DNA of 64,000 nt from Adineta vaga (lineage: Eukaryota > Animalia > Rotifera), in contig CP075494.1 of assembly GCA_021613535.1 (NCBI GenBank), positions 3,100,001 through 3,164,000 of the forward strand, given 5' to 3'. The position numbers and the translations under genes are program-made. Positions within the stretch are counted from its first letter, which is position 1. Each line of letters starts with the position of its first letter. This document shows positions 25,877-37,399 of this stretch, piece after piece. The notes under the pieces are model-generated. The model was not told the DNA's origin. It ran no database searches and saw nothing but the letters and a program-made list of their open reading frames with translations.

Positions 25877-25964
25877 AAGGATGTGAGTGTGGGTGAGAGT
25901 GTAGTGCAGAAGAGACACCGTCACCCACAGTTACATCCACACCCACCTACACCCACATCCTCAA
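25875..25964. repeat. Telomere-like intergenic palindrome
   Basis: TTAAGGATGTGAGTGTGGGT...CCACACCCACCTACACCCACATCCTCAA. Confidence 0.8.
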
Positions 25965-26385
25965 GAAATTTTATATGATTTAAGTTTAAGAAACTCTATA
26001 TGGGAAGAGATGCTTCTTTTTGTTGAAAATTTCTTATGATAAGAATAAGATAAATCCTTTCGTGCACATGGACATATATTCTTTATCTTATGCTTTCTCA
26101 GCATAAAATACTCATCTATGTTTCATTATGTTCAGGGTTTGAGATTATAAATATAGTTATAGATGTAGGCGAAGCTGAGGGTATGGATGAGAAAAATCAC
26201 ATCCTTTTTTATCAGTACACTAATCTGAGATCGCCTTCATCAGACACTAAAATAGTTTAAAACAGATTCATCTGTTTGTTTTTGTAGTGAGAGAATAGTG
26301 CAAAGAGTGAAATCAAAGGTTTCATTTTTTCTCAAACCGTTAGATATAAATAGAAGAAGATGCGTTGTTTGCCTTCATTATCACA

Positions 26386-28216
26386 ATGCTTCTACATCTT
26401 TTATTCGTTTTTCAGCTATTTTGGTCTGCTGAATTGACATCGCTTCCGAGTGAACGACGTCAAACAATTGAAAGAGTAAGAGAATATCTGCAAAAATTCG
26501 ATGCTCAGTTCGCAGTTCGAACTCCCGATAATTATTTACCAAACAGTAATAAAATTGGCTTCGGCTACAATCTGCTCGCAGGCTCACCAGTGTGTTACAC
26601 GGGCGCATTGTCAAATGACCGAGTTCACTCGTTCAATTTTCAAACTAAATTACACTACACCAGCATTTGGATCATGTACAACTAATTTAGTTCCAAACTT
26701 TGTTGATGTAGATTGTTTACCATCAACTTCATTGAAGGTTGATAGTGAGACTATGCACACGGTAGAACATGTACATTCATCGATCTCGAATAAAGTTAAA
26801 GTTTCTGTCGGAGCCAAGTACAAAGGTGTGGCCTTCTCATATTCATTCTCAACAGAGACTCGTAAAATGCTGGATAATATTGTGAGAAATCATCAAACAT
26901 CTATCGTAAGTTGATGTTCTTATATTCGAAAATCATATATAATTTTTTAGCATACATCTGCTGAAATCTCCTACATTAAACTATCCATGTTTGAACCTTT
27001 GATGAAATTATCTGATAATTTTCGATATGTTATTGAAAATATGCCCTGCTGTGACGAGAATGATTCAGATACAGTAGAGTATGTAAAAGATTTCATCTTT
27101 GAGTATTTTGGTTTTGCTTACATTGACAATTTACTTTTGGGTGGTGTCGCCCACCAATCTATATTCATTACTCGAGAAGGAAAAGAACGATTGGAAAGTA
27201 ATGGAATAAGCATTGTACATGAAGCCAAAGTATCGTTCGGTAAGGCTATGGGCACTGGTGCAGAACTTGGCACGAATGTGGAGACCATACAAAATACTTC
27301 AAATTATAATTCATTTATGGAAGAAACAATATCAACACACACTAACACAATGGGAGGCACAACGCACTTGGTTTCTCTGGCCGAATGGTCCAAAACGGTG
27401 GTAGCTAACCCTGTAATCATCAAGTTCGAGATTCGAGATATCTTCCGCATTCTCACAAGTCGAAATTTCCCAAACGATCCGTTGATTGCAGATAAATCTA
27501 AATCAATAGGAAAAATCTTGGAACAATATCTAAGTCATTCGGTGTATTGTTACAAAAACTGTGGGAATAATGGCACTCGAGGAACATGTGAACCGACAGG
27601 CTATTTTAATTTTGGCCTTTGCAAATGCAAACCAGAATGGACTGGTGTGGATTGTGAAACTCCTGCGGTAACTGATAAAAAAATATTACACGGCACAATA
27701 TGTGGATTTGATCGTTCTTTTATGAAAATTACATGCGATGGTGCAATTCCATGGAAAAAGTGCCCATCGAACTGGGTTCAATATAATTGGAGGACTGATC
27801 TGACTGTTTGCTATAAAAATCAAACTGAGACTGGTACTCCCGTTTTTGGTACCCTTTGTGGACTTAATTCTTACCATCCGAAGTACAATTTTGATCTCTA
27901 TATTGGTTGTAATGTTAGTTTCAATGTTTTGCACGATAAATGTCCACCAGAATACCGACAGACCATTGCTACGACAGGCTATTGTTCTCCTTCGGGGCTT
28001 TCTAGTCTACAGAGATGCACAAGAAATGCAATGTGTATAGCTTTGAATCCCAAAGAAAATTTGTCAGGAACTCTTTGTGGAATGCAAATTCAAGATACAA
28101 AAGATGGACCTAGTTGTGATGGTTATGACCCTGGTTTAGGTCGATGTCCATCTGATCATAACTTACACCGAACGGCTTTCAATGATTATGGGTTTATGGT
28201 ATGCGTAAAAAAATAA
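26386..28216 (+). pseudogene. Secreted MACPF (perforin-like) + EGF-like + Cys-rich GTxCG repeats; 1-nt frameshift
   Basis: Signal peptide, IGFGYNLLAGSP; extra T at ~26608; intron 26906-26950; FEYFGFAYIDNLLLGG MACPF signature; CKCKPEWTGVDC; three GT(I/L)CG repeats. Confidence 0.8.
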
Positions 28217-28325
28217 AACTCTTAAACGTTTATCAAATTAATTTTTTCATATAATCGAATGTAGTTTTGTTAGATACTTATAATACTACTAACATTAAAC
28301 ATCAATAAGCTGCGTATAAGCTAAG

Positions 28326-28426
28326 TTGGGTGTGGGTGAAGGTATGTTGGTGTGTGTCTCTGTTTGAAGGTGTGGGTGCGAATTCCCTCCTATATTTTCA
28401 AACCCACACCCACACCCACCCCTCAA
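28326..28426. repeat. Telomere-like intergenic palindrome (double left arm)
   Basis: TTGGGTGTGGGT..TTGAAGGTGTGGGT...ACCCACACCCACACCCACCCCTCAA. Confidence 0.8.
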
Positions 28427-28623
28427 ATTTATGTTTTTCAGAGGTATTTTTGTGATTGTTACTGTATTCTCTGTGTTTATTCGTTCGTCTTGATATTTTC
28501 AGGTCCCATAGAAGACACTTCAGGCTATCGAATGATATCGTTTTTGACTCAGATATTATGTGAAAAAAATGAAAAAAGAGTTGGGGAAAAAAGTTTTCAT
28601 AATTCTCGTCATTTTTGCTTGAG

Positions 28624-28883
28624 TGATCCGAATTACCCCAGGTAGTTTATAAGGCTGATCCGATTTACCCTAGTTGGGGTAATTCGGATCAACTGTAACA
28701 TCTTCGCACCTTTTTCGCCAATACTTTTTTTTGGTATATGGTATCGAGGAGATTCTTTCACCAGTAGATAGAACATGTTTGGTTCTAGCTGTGGTAAAAA
28801 AATCTCATTTCTATCACGTCTTACTACTAAGAACGAATCAAAACATGATCGATGACTCAAATTTTGATCCGAATTATCCCAGG
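28624..28883. repeat. Cluster of TGATCCGAATTACCCCA repeats (probable DNA-transposon terminal remnant)
   Basis: Perfect 17-bp inverted pair 28624-28640 / 28675-28691, with further imperfect direct copies at ~28656 and ~28865. Confidence 0.6.
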
Positions 28884-29150
28884 CGTCTCTATATTTTACT
28901 TAGCTATTTTACTGAGTACAAATCTATATTACATTATGAAATGAAAAATTATTTGTACTTGTATTCGTTCAATCACTATTCAAAACTTATTATAGATTAT
29001 TATACGTAGAACTGTACATATATTCTTTAGCAATTTTATTTTTATTTTTAATGCAGTATGGGTAAATGTGTTATTACACAAGATGATAATATAATCTAAA
29101 TGAAATAAAAAAATAAGTTATGATTTCAATATACTTTTATTTTTACAAAG

Positions 29151-30143
29151 ATGATTGCATATCCCGATACAAATCAATTTCATGATGTGATTGAATCGAT
29201 ACGAAAGTATCCGTATCGATATAAAATTGAACAAGGAAAAATCTATCCAAAACTAAAATTTATTGGTACTGTGAAATTACATGGCACAAATACTGCGATT
29301 GTTTATCAAAAGGATGTAGAATACCATTGTCAATCTCGACATTTGATCATATCACCAGAAATGGATAACCTTGGTTTTGCACGTTTTATGTATCTTTTAT
29401 CAGAGAAATTTCTTCAAGAATGTATTCTTGTGAATTGTTCACTACTTCGAAGACATGACGATCGTGGAAATACAATTGTAATTTATGGAGAATGACGTGG
29501 TCGAAATATTCAGAAAAATGTTTGTTATTTTTAAGATTCGAATTGGAGATTCGAAACCACCAGTTTGGATTGATCCAAAACATTGGTCAACTCTGCAATG
29601 GCATGAACAATCTATTTACAATATATTTAATTTTCCTACGTATGAAGTAGACATTGATTTCAATCAACTTGAACTTGCTCAAAAACAACTTGGAGAGATT
29701 ACGAATACTGTTGAACAAGAATGTCCAGTTGGAATGTATTTTAATCAGAAAGGCTATATGGAGAAGGTGTTATTTGGACTGAATGGTTACAATCATTTGG
29801 TATTCTTTCATTTAAAGTCTAAGGTGAAATGCATGCAATAACTAAAGGCGGATCATTAGCACCGATTGCTACAGAAATATTCCATAGTATTCATGAGTTC
29901 ATCGAATATGCTTGTACAGAAAATCGTATGAATCAATCAATGGATTATCTTCGTGAAATTCAATTAGAGATTGAAATGGATAATATTGATACATTTTTAG
30001 AATGGCTCATAGGTGACATCAAGAAAGAAGAAACAAATACAATTAAGAATTCAGATTTAAATCTAAGAGAAGTTATTTCTGCCATTACAAAGAAAGCTAC
30101 TGCTTGGTTTGAACAACAATTATTACGAAATAATGTACAGTAA
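29151..30143 (+). pseudogene. Rnl2-type (phage/giant-virus/bacterial) RNA ligase, disrupted
   Basis: Nucleotidyltransferase motifs TVKLHGTN (I), QSR, IYGE(W>TGA) (III), GEGVIW (IV), FKV(K>TAA)GEMH (V), spread over three frames; intronless. Confidence 0.8.
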
Positions 30144-30248
30144 ATGTGTGTTGTTTTCTGTAGCAAAATTGTTCGATTATGTTATTTTAAAAGAAATGTT
30201 GTATTCAGATCTAATAGTTGAGTGTGAACATTGGATTTGATGAATAAA

Positions 30249-30291
30249 TCGAGGGTGTAGGTGAAGAAGATATATCCATACTCACCCTCAG
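30249..30291. repeat. Telomere-like intergenic palindrome
   Basis: TCGAGGGTGTAGGTG...CCATACTCACCCTCAG. Confidence 0.7.
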
Positions 30292-30606
30292 GATGTTCAA
30301 TTCTTTTGAATAGTTTTTATACGAAGTTCATATTTGCTTTTCTCTTATTTAGTTAATTATTGCTTACTCGTGCATTTGGTGTTGCTTGTTTAGAAAAAGC
30401 ATATGCAGAATACGTGACTTCTATACAGAATAAAAAATATATTTTTAACTTTCACACCATGATAATGAGGAAAAGAAGATCACACGAATACGCATGGGCG
30501 ATCTGACATATATTTTTCTTTGTATTTTACTAGAAAAAGAAAGTATGACAAGATCAAACCATTTGAGTACTCGTAAAATATAAGTTGACATCACTATTTT
30601 GTTAAT

Positions 30607-31575
30607 ATGCCTTCACAGTATGAAATTAGTGATTCTACAAAATTATTGAAATTGCTCGAAAAATATTTATTTCAATATGGTGGATCAACTATGATAGTTT
30701 TAGGTTTTATTGGTTGTGTACTTAGCTGGTTAGTCTACAATAGAAAGACTCTTCGCAAAAATCCCTGTTCAATTTATATGACAGCATTTCACATTTCAAA
30801 TTTTATGTATATTATTATACTTATATTACCATCTGTATTAACAGTTGGTTATGATATAATATTTATAACAGATAGTTTGGGTCTCTGTCGATTCACTCTG
30901 TATATGGCTTTTTCATTAGATATCATAAGTCCCAGTTGTTTAGTTTTGGCTTCAATCGATCGACTCTTAGTTACTTCACCAAATGCATTGACAAGACGAC
31001 GAAGTACTTGTCGTCTTGCTTGCATCAGTGTTATTTGTGTATCATTACTATGGTTATTATTTCATAGCCATGCATTCGTTTTTATGTCTATTATTCAACT
31101 TGAACCAAATAATTTCATCTGTTATACACAATCCTTAACATATTTTACAGCGATAAGCTGTTATACACTTGGAAAAAGCATCATTATTCCATCACTTTTA
31201 GCAAGTTTAGGTCTTTTAACAATTAGACAGGTTCAAAAAATAGGTCAAACTAGATCTGTTGCTGATGTATCCATGTTAGGCACAAGAAGTAACATTGGTA
31301 TTCAGTCAATTCACTCTAAAGATCGACAATTAGTTCGTATTCTGTTAATTGATATTGGAATCTATGTGATATTTACTTATCCATCAGCAGCATTTAACTT
31401 ATATTTACAAATTACTCAATATAATATGAAAAGTTTTAATCAGCAGAACGTAGACACTTCAATTCAATATCTCTGTTCACTTTGTAGTTATATTTCTTAT
31501 TGTATTGGCTTATTCAGCAATTTAATGGTTTCAAAAACATTTCGAAAAGAAGTAAAGAATATTTTTTTTATGTAA
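30607..31575 (+). CDS. Rhodopsin-like (class A) GPCR, intronless
   Basis: 7 TM segments; LRKNPC, LASIDR, SKDRQL, SKTFRKE. Confidence 0.9.
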   Translation: MPSQYEISDSTKLLKLLEKYLFQYGGSTMIVLGFIGCVLSWLVYNRKTLRKNPCSIYMTAFHISNFMYIIILILPSVLTVGYDIIFITDSLGLCRFTLYMAFSLDIISPSCLVLASIDRLLVTSPNALTRRRSTCRLACISVICVSLLWLLFHSHAFVFMSIIQLEPNNFICYTQSLTYFTAISCYTLGKSIIIPSLLASLGLLTIRQVQKIGQTRSVADVSMLGTRSNIGIQSIHSKDRQLVRILLIDIGIYVIFTYPSAAFNLYLQITQYNMKSFNQQNVDTSIQYLCSLCSYISYCIGLFSNLMVSKTFRKEVKNIFFM

Positions 31576-31605
31576 ATAAATATTCTCGACAGAAAAAGAA
31601 TCATA

Positions 31606-31765
31606 CTGAGAGTGTGAGTATGGATTTTGTTTATATTCTTATTTATTTTCACATCACATCCTCTTGTGATGATGTTTCATCATTATTTATTATATTTTAT
31701 ACAATTAAAAATGAAGATGTTGGTGACTACTTTATAACTTCTGTCAATCCCACTCACACTCTCAA
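31606..31765. repeat. Two adjacent telomere-like palindromes
   Basis: TGAGAGTGTGAGT...CACATCCTC and TGAAGATGTTGGTG...CCCACTCACACTCTCAA. Confidence 0.65.
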
Positions 31766-31813
31766 CTAAATATACATACTCACATGTTATTTTAGTCATG
31801 TCAAATAATATTT

Positions 31814-33137
31814 TTAACATTTAAGTGTTGTTCGATTAACATAATCTTCAATTCGATAATTAAATAAATGAAAATCATCATTATAGAGAATTTTAAGTCG
31901 ACAAATAAAATAATTTGATAAAGATGAAAATAATTGTTGATAATCTTGTGTTTTATGACCTGATGCTCCACGTCTTTTTTCAATATTCCAATCAGTTACA
32001 TTAAGACGCTTAAGTAATAAATGAAAATCTTCATTAAATGTTTCATATTTTCCAATAAAATTATATTGAAATTGACAAACTTGACAAATAATAGTAAATG
32101 GTTGCCAATGTATATCCATTTGAGATATTCCAAATGTTGTTTCAGTTTCTGTAAGAATATATTGAATAAAATGTTTAAATGATGGAATATAATCTTTACA
32201 TCGATCATTATTATTTCTTTGAATTGAATTGAATTGTGAATAACGATGACAAATTATTTTTCTAATATTATCATAATGAGGTTCAGATTGAATTCGATCT
32301 TTTTCAAGTATTCCTATTCTTTCTTTATAAGCTGATGCTAAACGTTCAAATGGATGTCGAACAAATAAAACTCGAGTAAATTGAGGTAAAAAAAGATTTG
32401 ATAAATTTGTTAAACTTGTAAAATGAACATTAGGAAAAATATCTTTTAAATTAAATCTCCATGGATTAAGAAAAAGAGATGAAGATGTATTATTTAGACT
32501 TTCAAAACGAAGAAGATGAAGATAAGTTTGAATTAATGAAATAATTGATTCATCATTATCAGATATTGAAATTCCATTCTAATTAAAGATAAAAATTATT
32601 TTCTTTTGTTTTTTAAATAAAAGATTTTTCTTTTACTTTTTTTAATTCTTTGTTTAATTTAGAAATATTTACAAAACGATCAATTTCATTTGGATTTTTA
32701 TCAAGATTTGTTCCATTTTTCATCAGATTATCAATTGTATCACGAATATAAACATAAATCATTAATGAAACAAGAGTTTTCGATGCTATTTTTGGAATAG
32801 CACAATACATTAATGATTGAGATTGAATAGGAAATATAGATGAATAAAGCGATGGATATAAATGAGTTAAATTAATCGATGATGATTTTATTTTATCAAA
32901 TATTAATGTATTTGAATAATTACAATGATTATCAAGTAATTTTGAACGATTTTCATATAAAAATGATGAATGAATCTGTTTTTTGATTAATAATAAAGAA
33001 TCTAATTTAGAATTTAGAATTAAAAATGATTGATGAAATTGAATTATAATTAAACAACTTAAGAAAAATATTCCAAAAATATAATATTGTTTACATTTTT
33101 GAAGATTTCCATAGGAATTTATAAATTTCATAAACAT
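31814..33137 (-). CDS. Golgi carbohydrate sulfotransferase (Sulfotransfer_2 / CHST-like)
   Basis: N-terminal TM; YCAIPKIASKT (5'-PSB), LFVRHPFERLASAY (3'-PB), HWQP...C..C...YNFIGKYET; intron at ~32580-32636. Confidence 0.85.
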
Positions 33138-33762
33138 TATTAAATCAATGTCTGATAAAGAAGTAGAATAGTTGTTTTGTACTTGTTTCAAATCAAGTGC
33201 AAAAGCAAAGTTTTATTTCATGGTACTTTATTTATACATAGAAGACGTGACAATGATGTCTTGTTTTTCTTGTTCTCTAAGTTATCAATATTTTGTTATT
33301 CATTTAATGTTTTTTATGTCAAAAAAGTGCATTCAGGAAAGTTTAAACGAAAAAAGAACATTTCTTGCTTTTCTAAAAAATAAAATTCGAAATTATAAAT
33401 GAAGAATTCTTTTTTTTTGTAAATTAAAAGACAATAGTTTTATCAATATGTTGAATATCATCAGTTTATTGAATTCAAGGTAAAATTTGATAAATGAATT
33501 AATTTTATATTTTCTTTTCTTATAAAATACATAATTTGATTCCATTGATTTATTTGATTTGATACAGCAGGATTATTTAATTGATCAATATCAATTTGAA
33601 ATAATTGACATATTTTATTTGTTGATAAACAACTTATTGAAAATAATCTTTCGCTATGAATTTCAATGAAAAGACACAAAAGAAAAAAAACATTTATGAA
33701 TAGAATCAAATATTCTTTTATAATTTAATTCTTATAGAAGATAGAAAAGAACAATATCATTT

Positions 33763-34820
33763 TTATTTTTCTTTTATCATCTTTTCACTTAAATTCCAAA
33801 GTTGTTCTGCAACATTCAAATCTGCTGCATGAATTGCTCGACCAACAAATTCTGTTTTATCATCATTAACAATGTTTGTAATTGCACAATTTTCTAAATA
33901 TTCACCATTTGAATGATTTAATTCTGGTGCTAAAGCAGCATAAACACTTGTTGCTGCACCTTGTTGCACAGTTTTAAAAAAATCAGCTAATGTTCCATCT
34001 TCTTTAAAATATCCCATTGATTTTTGTTCTTCTAATGAAAGAATATTTTGTAAATTAGTCATAATAGCACCTGGATTTAATGCAAATGCTTGAATACCTT
34101 TTGATTTATATAATTTATTTAATTGTAAAGCAAATAAAATATTTGCTGTTTTACTTTGACCATAAGCTAACCATTTATCATAATTCTTTTCCCAATTAAT
34201 ATCATCAAATTGAATACCTTGAAATTTATTTAATACAGAACTAACCATAATAACACGAGATGGTTTTCCTAATTCAAGTTCAGATAAAAGTGAAGTAACA
34301 AGGAGATAATGAGCAAGATGATTAATACCAAATTGTGATTCAAAACCATCTTTTGTTTTTGTATATGGAACTGCCATTATACCAGCATTACCTTATTTAT
34401 AATTAACATAATTGTTGTTTTTATTTTAATATTAAACTTACAAATAAGAATATGAATTGGTAATTGATATGATTGAAATTGTTTAACACATTGTCGAACA
34501 GATTCTAATGAATTTAAATCAAGTTCTAATAAATCAATTTGATTATTTCCTGTTGAATTTTTAATATCTTCTACAATTTATTTTCCTCGATTGATATCTC
34601 GTGCTGTTAGAAATAAATGAGCATTTGTCATTGCTAATGCACGAGCTGTTTCAACACCAATACCTTATAAAAAAAACAATGATAAAAGATTTGATTTCAT
34701 CAAATTAAATTTACCTGATGTGGCTCCAGTTATAAGAATTACTTTACCATCAAGATTTATTTTCAAAAATTTCACGATTTCTTCTGCAGTTGTATTTGCA
34801 TCGAAATTTGTTGATGTCAT
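33763..34820 (-). pseudogene. Short-chain dehydrogenase (retinol dehydrogenase/WWOX-like) with in-frame TAA
   Basis: ITGATSGIG, NAGIM, FGINHLAHY, YGQSK; two short introns; TAA at 34578-34580 (RGK*IVEDIK). Confidence 0.85.
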
Positions 34821-35037
34821 TTCGAAAGATTAAAAATGAAAGTGTATATCGCTCTTATCTTTTGTAATCCAATGCTTCTTTTTTTTCTTCTGTATATCCA
34901 CGTGTTTAACTATATTATAGATATATCGATTCTGTTTTTCTCTCTATATCATGAATATCGTTTGAATATATTCAATACTTTTGTTTATATTTATTTGGTT
35001 ACGAGATAGTTAAAAATTCAATTATTTATTTAAATCT

Positions 35038-35649
35038 TTAAAGTAATTCATTTTTATTAAGGTTTAAAAGATGTTGTTCTTCTAATTCTTTAAATATATA
35101 GCCATAAATAATTTCTGGCATTATTTCATAATAATATTCATATGCAGTTTTCAAACCTAAAGTAGTTGCAAATGATAAGACACTAAGTCCAGTTATAAAT
35201 GGAGTCGCAACAGAACTGAGAATTAAACCAGCTGGAACGGCACACAAACAGAATGTCGCTAATTTTTGTTTATTAATTTGTTTCATTTGTGTTGCATTGA
35301 CCACTAGAAGATCATATTTTTCATTGTGTTTCTCAGCAAATATAACAGTTGATTTCCGTCGAGTTGTATCTTCATTGTCATTGGAAGTCGATGCAATCAA
35401 TATTGATTCACCATCGTTTTTTAATGTTGTTAATACATTTTCGTATAATAATTTAACTTCTGCATCTTTCGCTTTATTAGCTAATATTTCCAGTTCATTT
35501 GGTTGAATACCTTTTAATTTTTTCCATTGGATTTCGAATGAAAGACGAATTAAAGCAAATAGATTTTCATTTGATGTCAAATCATTCATATATTTTTCAG
35601 CCTCTTCAGGACTCATTATGTCGATGCGAACTTGTTTATTGGAATTCAT
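35038..35649 (-). CDS. Unknown protein with C-terminal hydrophobic hairpin; paralogue of 36172-36906
   Basis: 203-aa ORF that aligns by eye with its neighbour (see findings). Confidence 0.7.
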   Translation of the reverse strand: MNSNKQVRIDIMSPEEAEKYMNDLTSNENLFALIRLSFEIQWKKLKGIQPNELEILANKAKDAEVKLLYENVLTTLKNDGESILIASTSNDNEDTTRRKSTVIFAEKHNEKYDLLVVNATQMKQINKQKLATFCLCAVPAGLILSSVATPFITGLSVLSFATTLGLKTAYEYYYEIMPEIIYGYIFKELEEQHLLNLNKNELL

Positions 35650-36171
35650 GTTTCTATTATTAAAAATCTACCTAATAAGACAACAAGTACATCTATATAT
35701 TTTTATATACTATAAAAAAAACAGCAATGAAAGTTTTCAAAGTTGGAGAAACTCATATGAGTAAATATGTACACTGATTCATCGTATATATGGCGCGTAT
35801 AACTTTCCTCTATAAATGATACTTGGTTTTTTCTCACTTACCTGTATTCAAGTATCTGATATCTCCCAACAAAATATGATTATCAATCAAGATAAAAAGG
35901 AAGTCAAACATAGAATTCATATTAATAGTTCGAAGAATATTTTAACGAGAATACTGTAAGTTAGACTTGTTATAATCAATTTTATTTTCTATCAGAATAA
36001 AATAGTGATTGTGCATCGTTTAGTAATTCAATCGAGATCAGTAGCGTAAGCAGTCATCAATCACATCCATAGTTTTCATATTGTATGTTGAGAAAAATGT
36101 CGAACGTAATTAATTTTAAAACTTTTATTTGTTGTTTATTTTCTAGTTGGAAAAAGAGTGTAGAAAACACC

Positions 36172-36906
36172 ATGCAGCAAGATCCAATATGCACAGCTAT
36201 CAGTTTACAACAAATGCACGATTATATGAAGTTAGTGAAAAAAAATAGATTATCTGATTTCATGAAGGAATCATTCACAATGCAAAGAAGAGATCACAAA
36301 GGTATTACAAATGAACAATTTGAAAACATGACAACACGTACAAAAGATTCAGCATTGAAAGCGATAATGGAAGAAACACAATTATTTGGTGATAGTGGAG
36401 CTGTTTTAAGTGATAGTCGTGTTATTGGAAGTGTATATACTAGATCATTGATCGTTTATCAACAACGTCCCGATGGGAAGTACAATGTTGTCATTGCACA
36501 TGCTATACAAAAGAAAGATGTTAATTACCAAAAATTATTAATTTGTGGCGGTCTTGCAATAGTTGCTGGTTTTCTGACTCGTAGATTGGATGTTACAATT
36601 GGTGTTGCCGGTCTCGCTGCAGCTAAAGCTGCAAGTGATTATGTTGCAAATATGCCTGATGTTATAGCTGGTTACATACTGAAAGAATTGACAGATTGCA
36701 ATCTTGTTACATTACCAAATCCACCAAATTCTTTATCGACAGAAGGGAATCAAAATATCACAGATGATGTACAGCAACAAGGCCCAATCATTACCGAATT
36801 TGAAGACTCAACTAATGATGCGGGAGTTCAAGCCACCAGTCAAGATGAAAATGTTCCAACCATTGATGAACAAGAAATACATGTGATAGGCATTGACTTG
36901 GATTGA
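36172..36906 (+). CDS. Unknown protein with hydrophobic hairpin and acidic tail; paralogue of 35038-35649
   Basis: Long ORF; probable start MQQDP after a splice acceptor at ~36146; shares motifs with its neighbour. Confidence 0.7.
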   Translation: MQQDPICTAISLQQMHDYMKLVKKNRLSDFMKESFTMQRRDHKGITNEQFENMTTRTKDSALKAIMEETQLFGDSGAVLSDSRVIGSVYTRSLIVYQQRPDGKYNVVIAHAIQKKDVNYQKLLICGGLAIVAGFLTRRLDVTIGVAGLAAAKAASDYVANMPDVIAGYILKELTDCNLVTLPNPPNSLSTEGNQNITDDVQQQGPIITEFEDSTNDAGVQATSQDENVPTIDEQEIHVIGIDLD

Positions 36907-37399
36907 GTTTTCTCAATAGTAACTGATGCTTTTCAACGATTATCTTGAGAATGAATACACATCAACAATCAAAGTCACTCCTGATCTTCGAGTAAAAAAT
37001 TAGAAATGAAATGCGAATCTTTTTTTATTTTTCCTTTGATTTGTATTCGATTATTTCTAAAAGTAAAATATGAAGTTATTGATGACAAACGCGGACATCG
37101 TTATATTTAAAGAAAATGTCATAGAAAAATCATTCTGTTATCATTCGACTTAATTTGAGAAAAAGAACAATTATTCTTTGAAATTTTTACCTTTGAATAG
37201 AAATCTAATAATAAAATATGATTATCTAAAATGATTGAATATAAGATTGAAATGTTAAATTTGAATTGAAAGATAAATATAATCATAAGAAAAAAATGTC
37301 AAGAAGATGTGTATTATAATTTATAAAATCATTATTTCATCAGTCAATAATTATTCCGATAATAATCATCGTCATTTAATATAAAACATATAAGTCATT

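Noticed and set aside
33461-33709. Small secreted-looking ORF (82 aa)
   Set aside because: Starts at TTG with no evident ATG and lies directly downstream of the SDR stop; cannot be supported as a gene.
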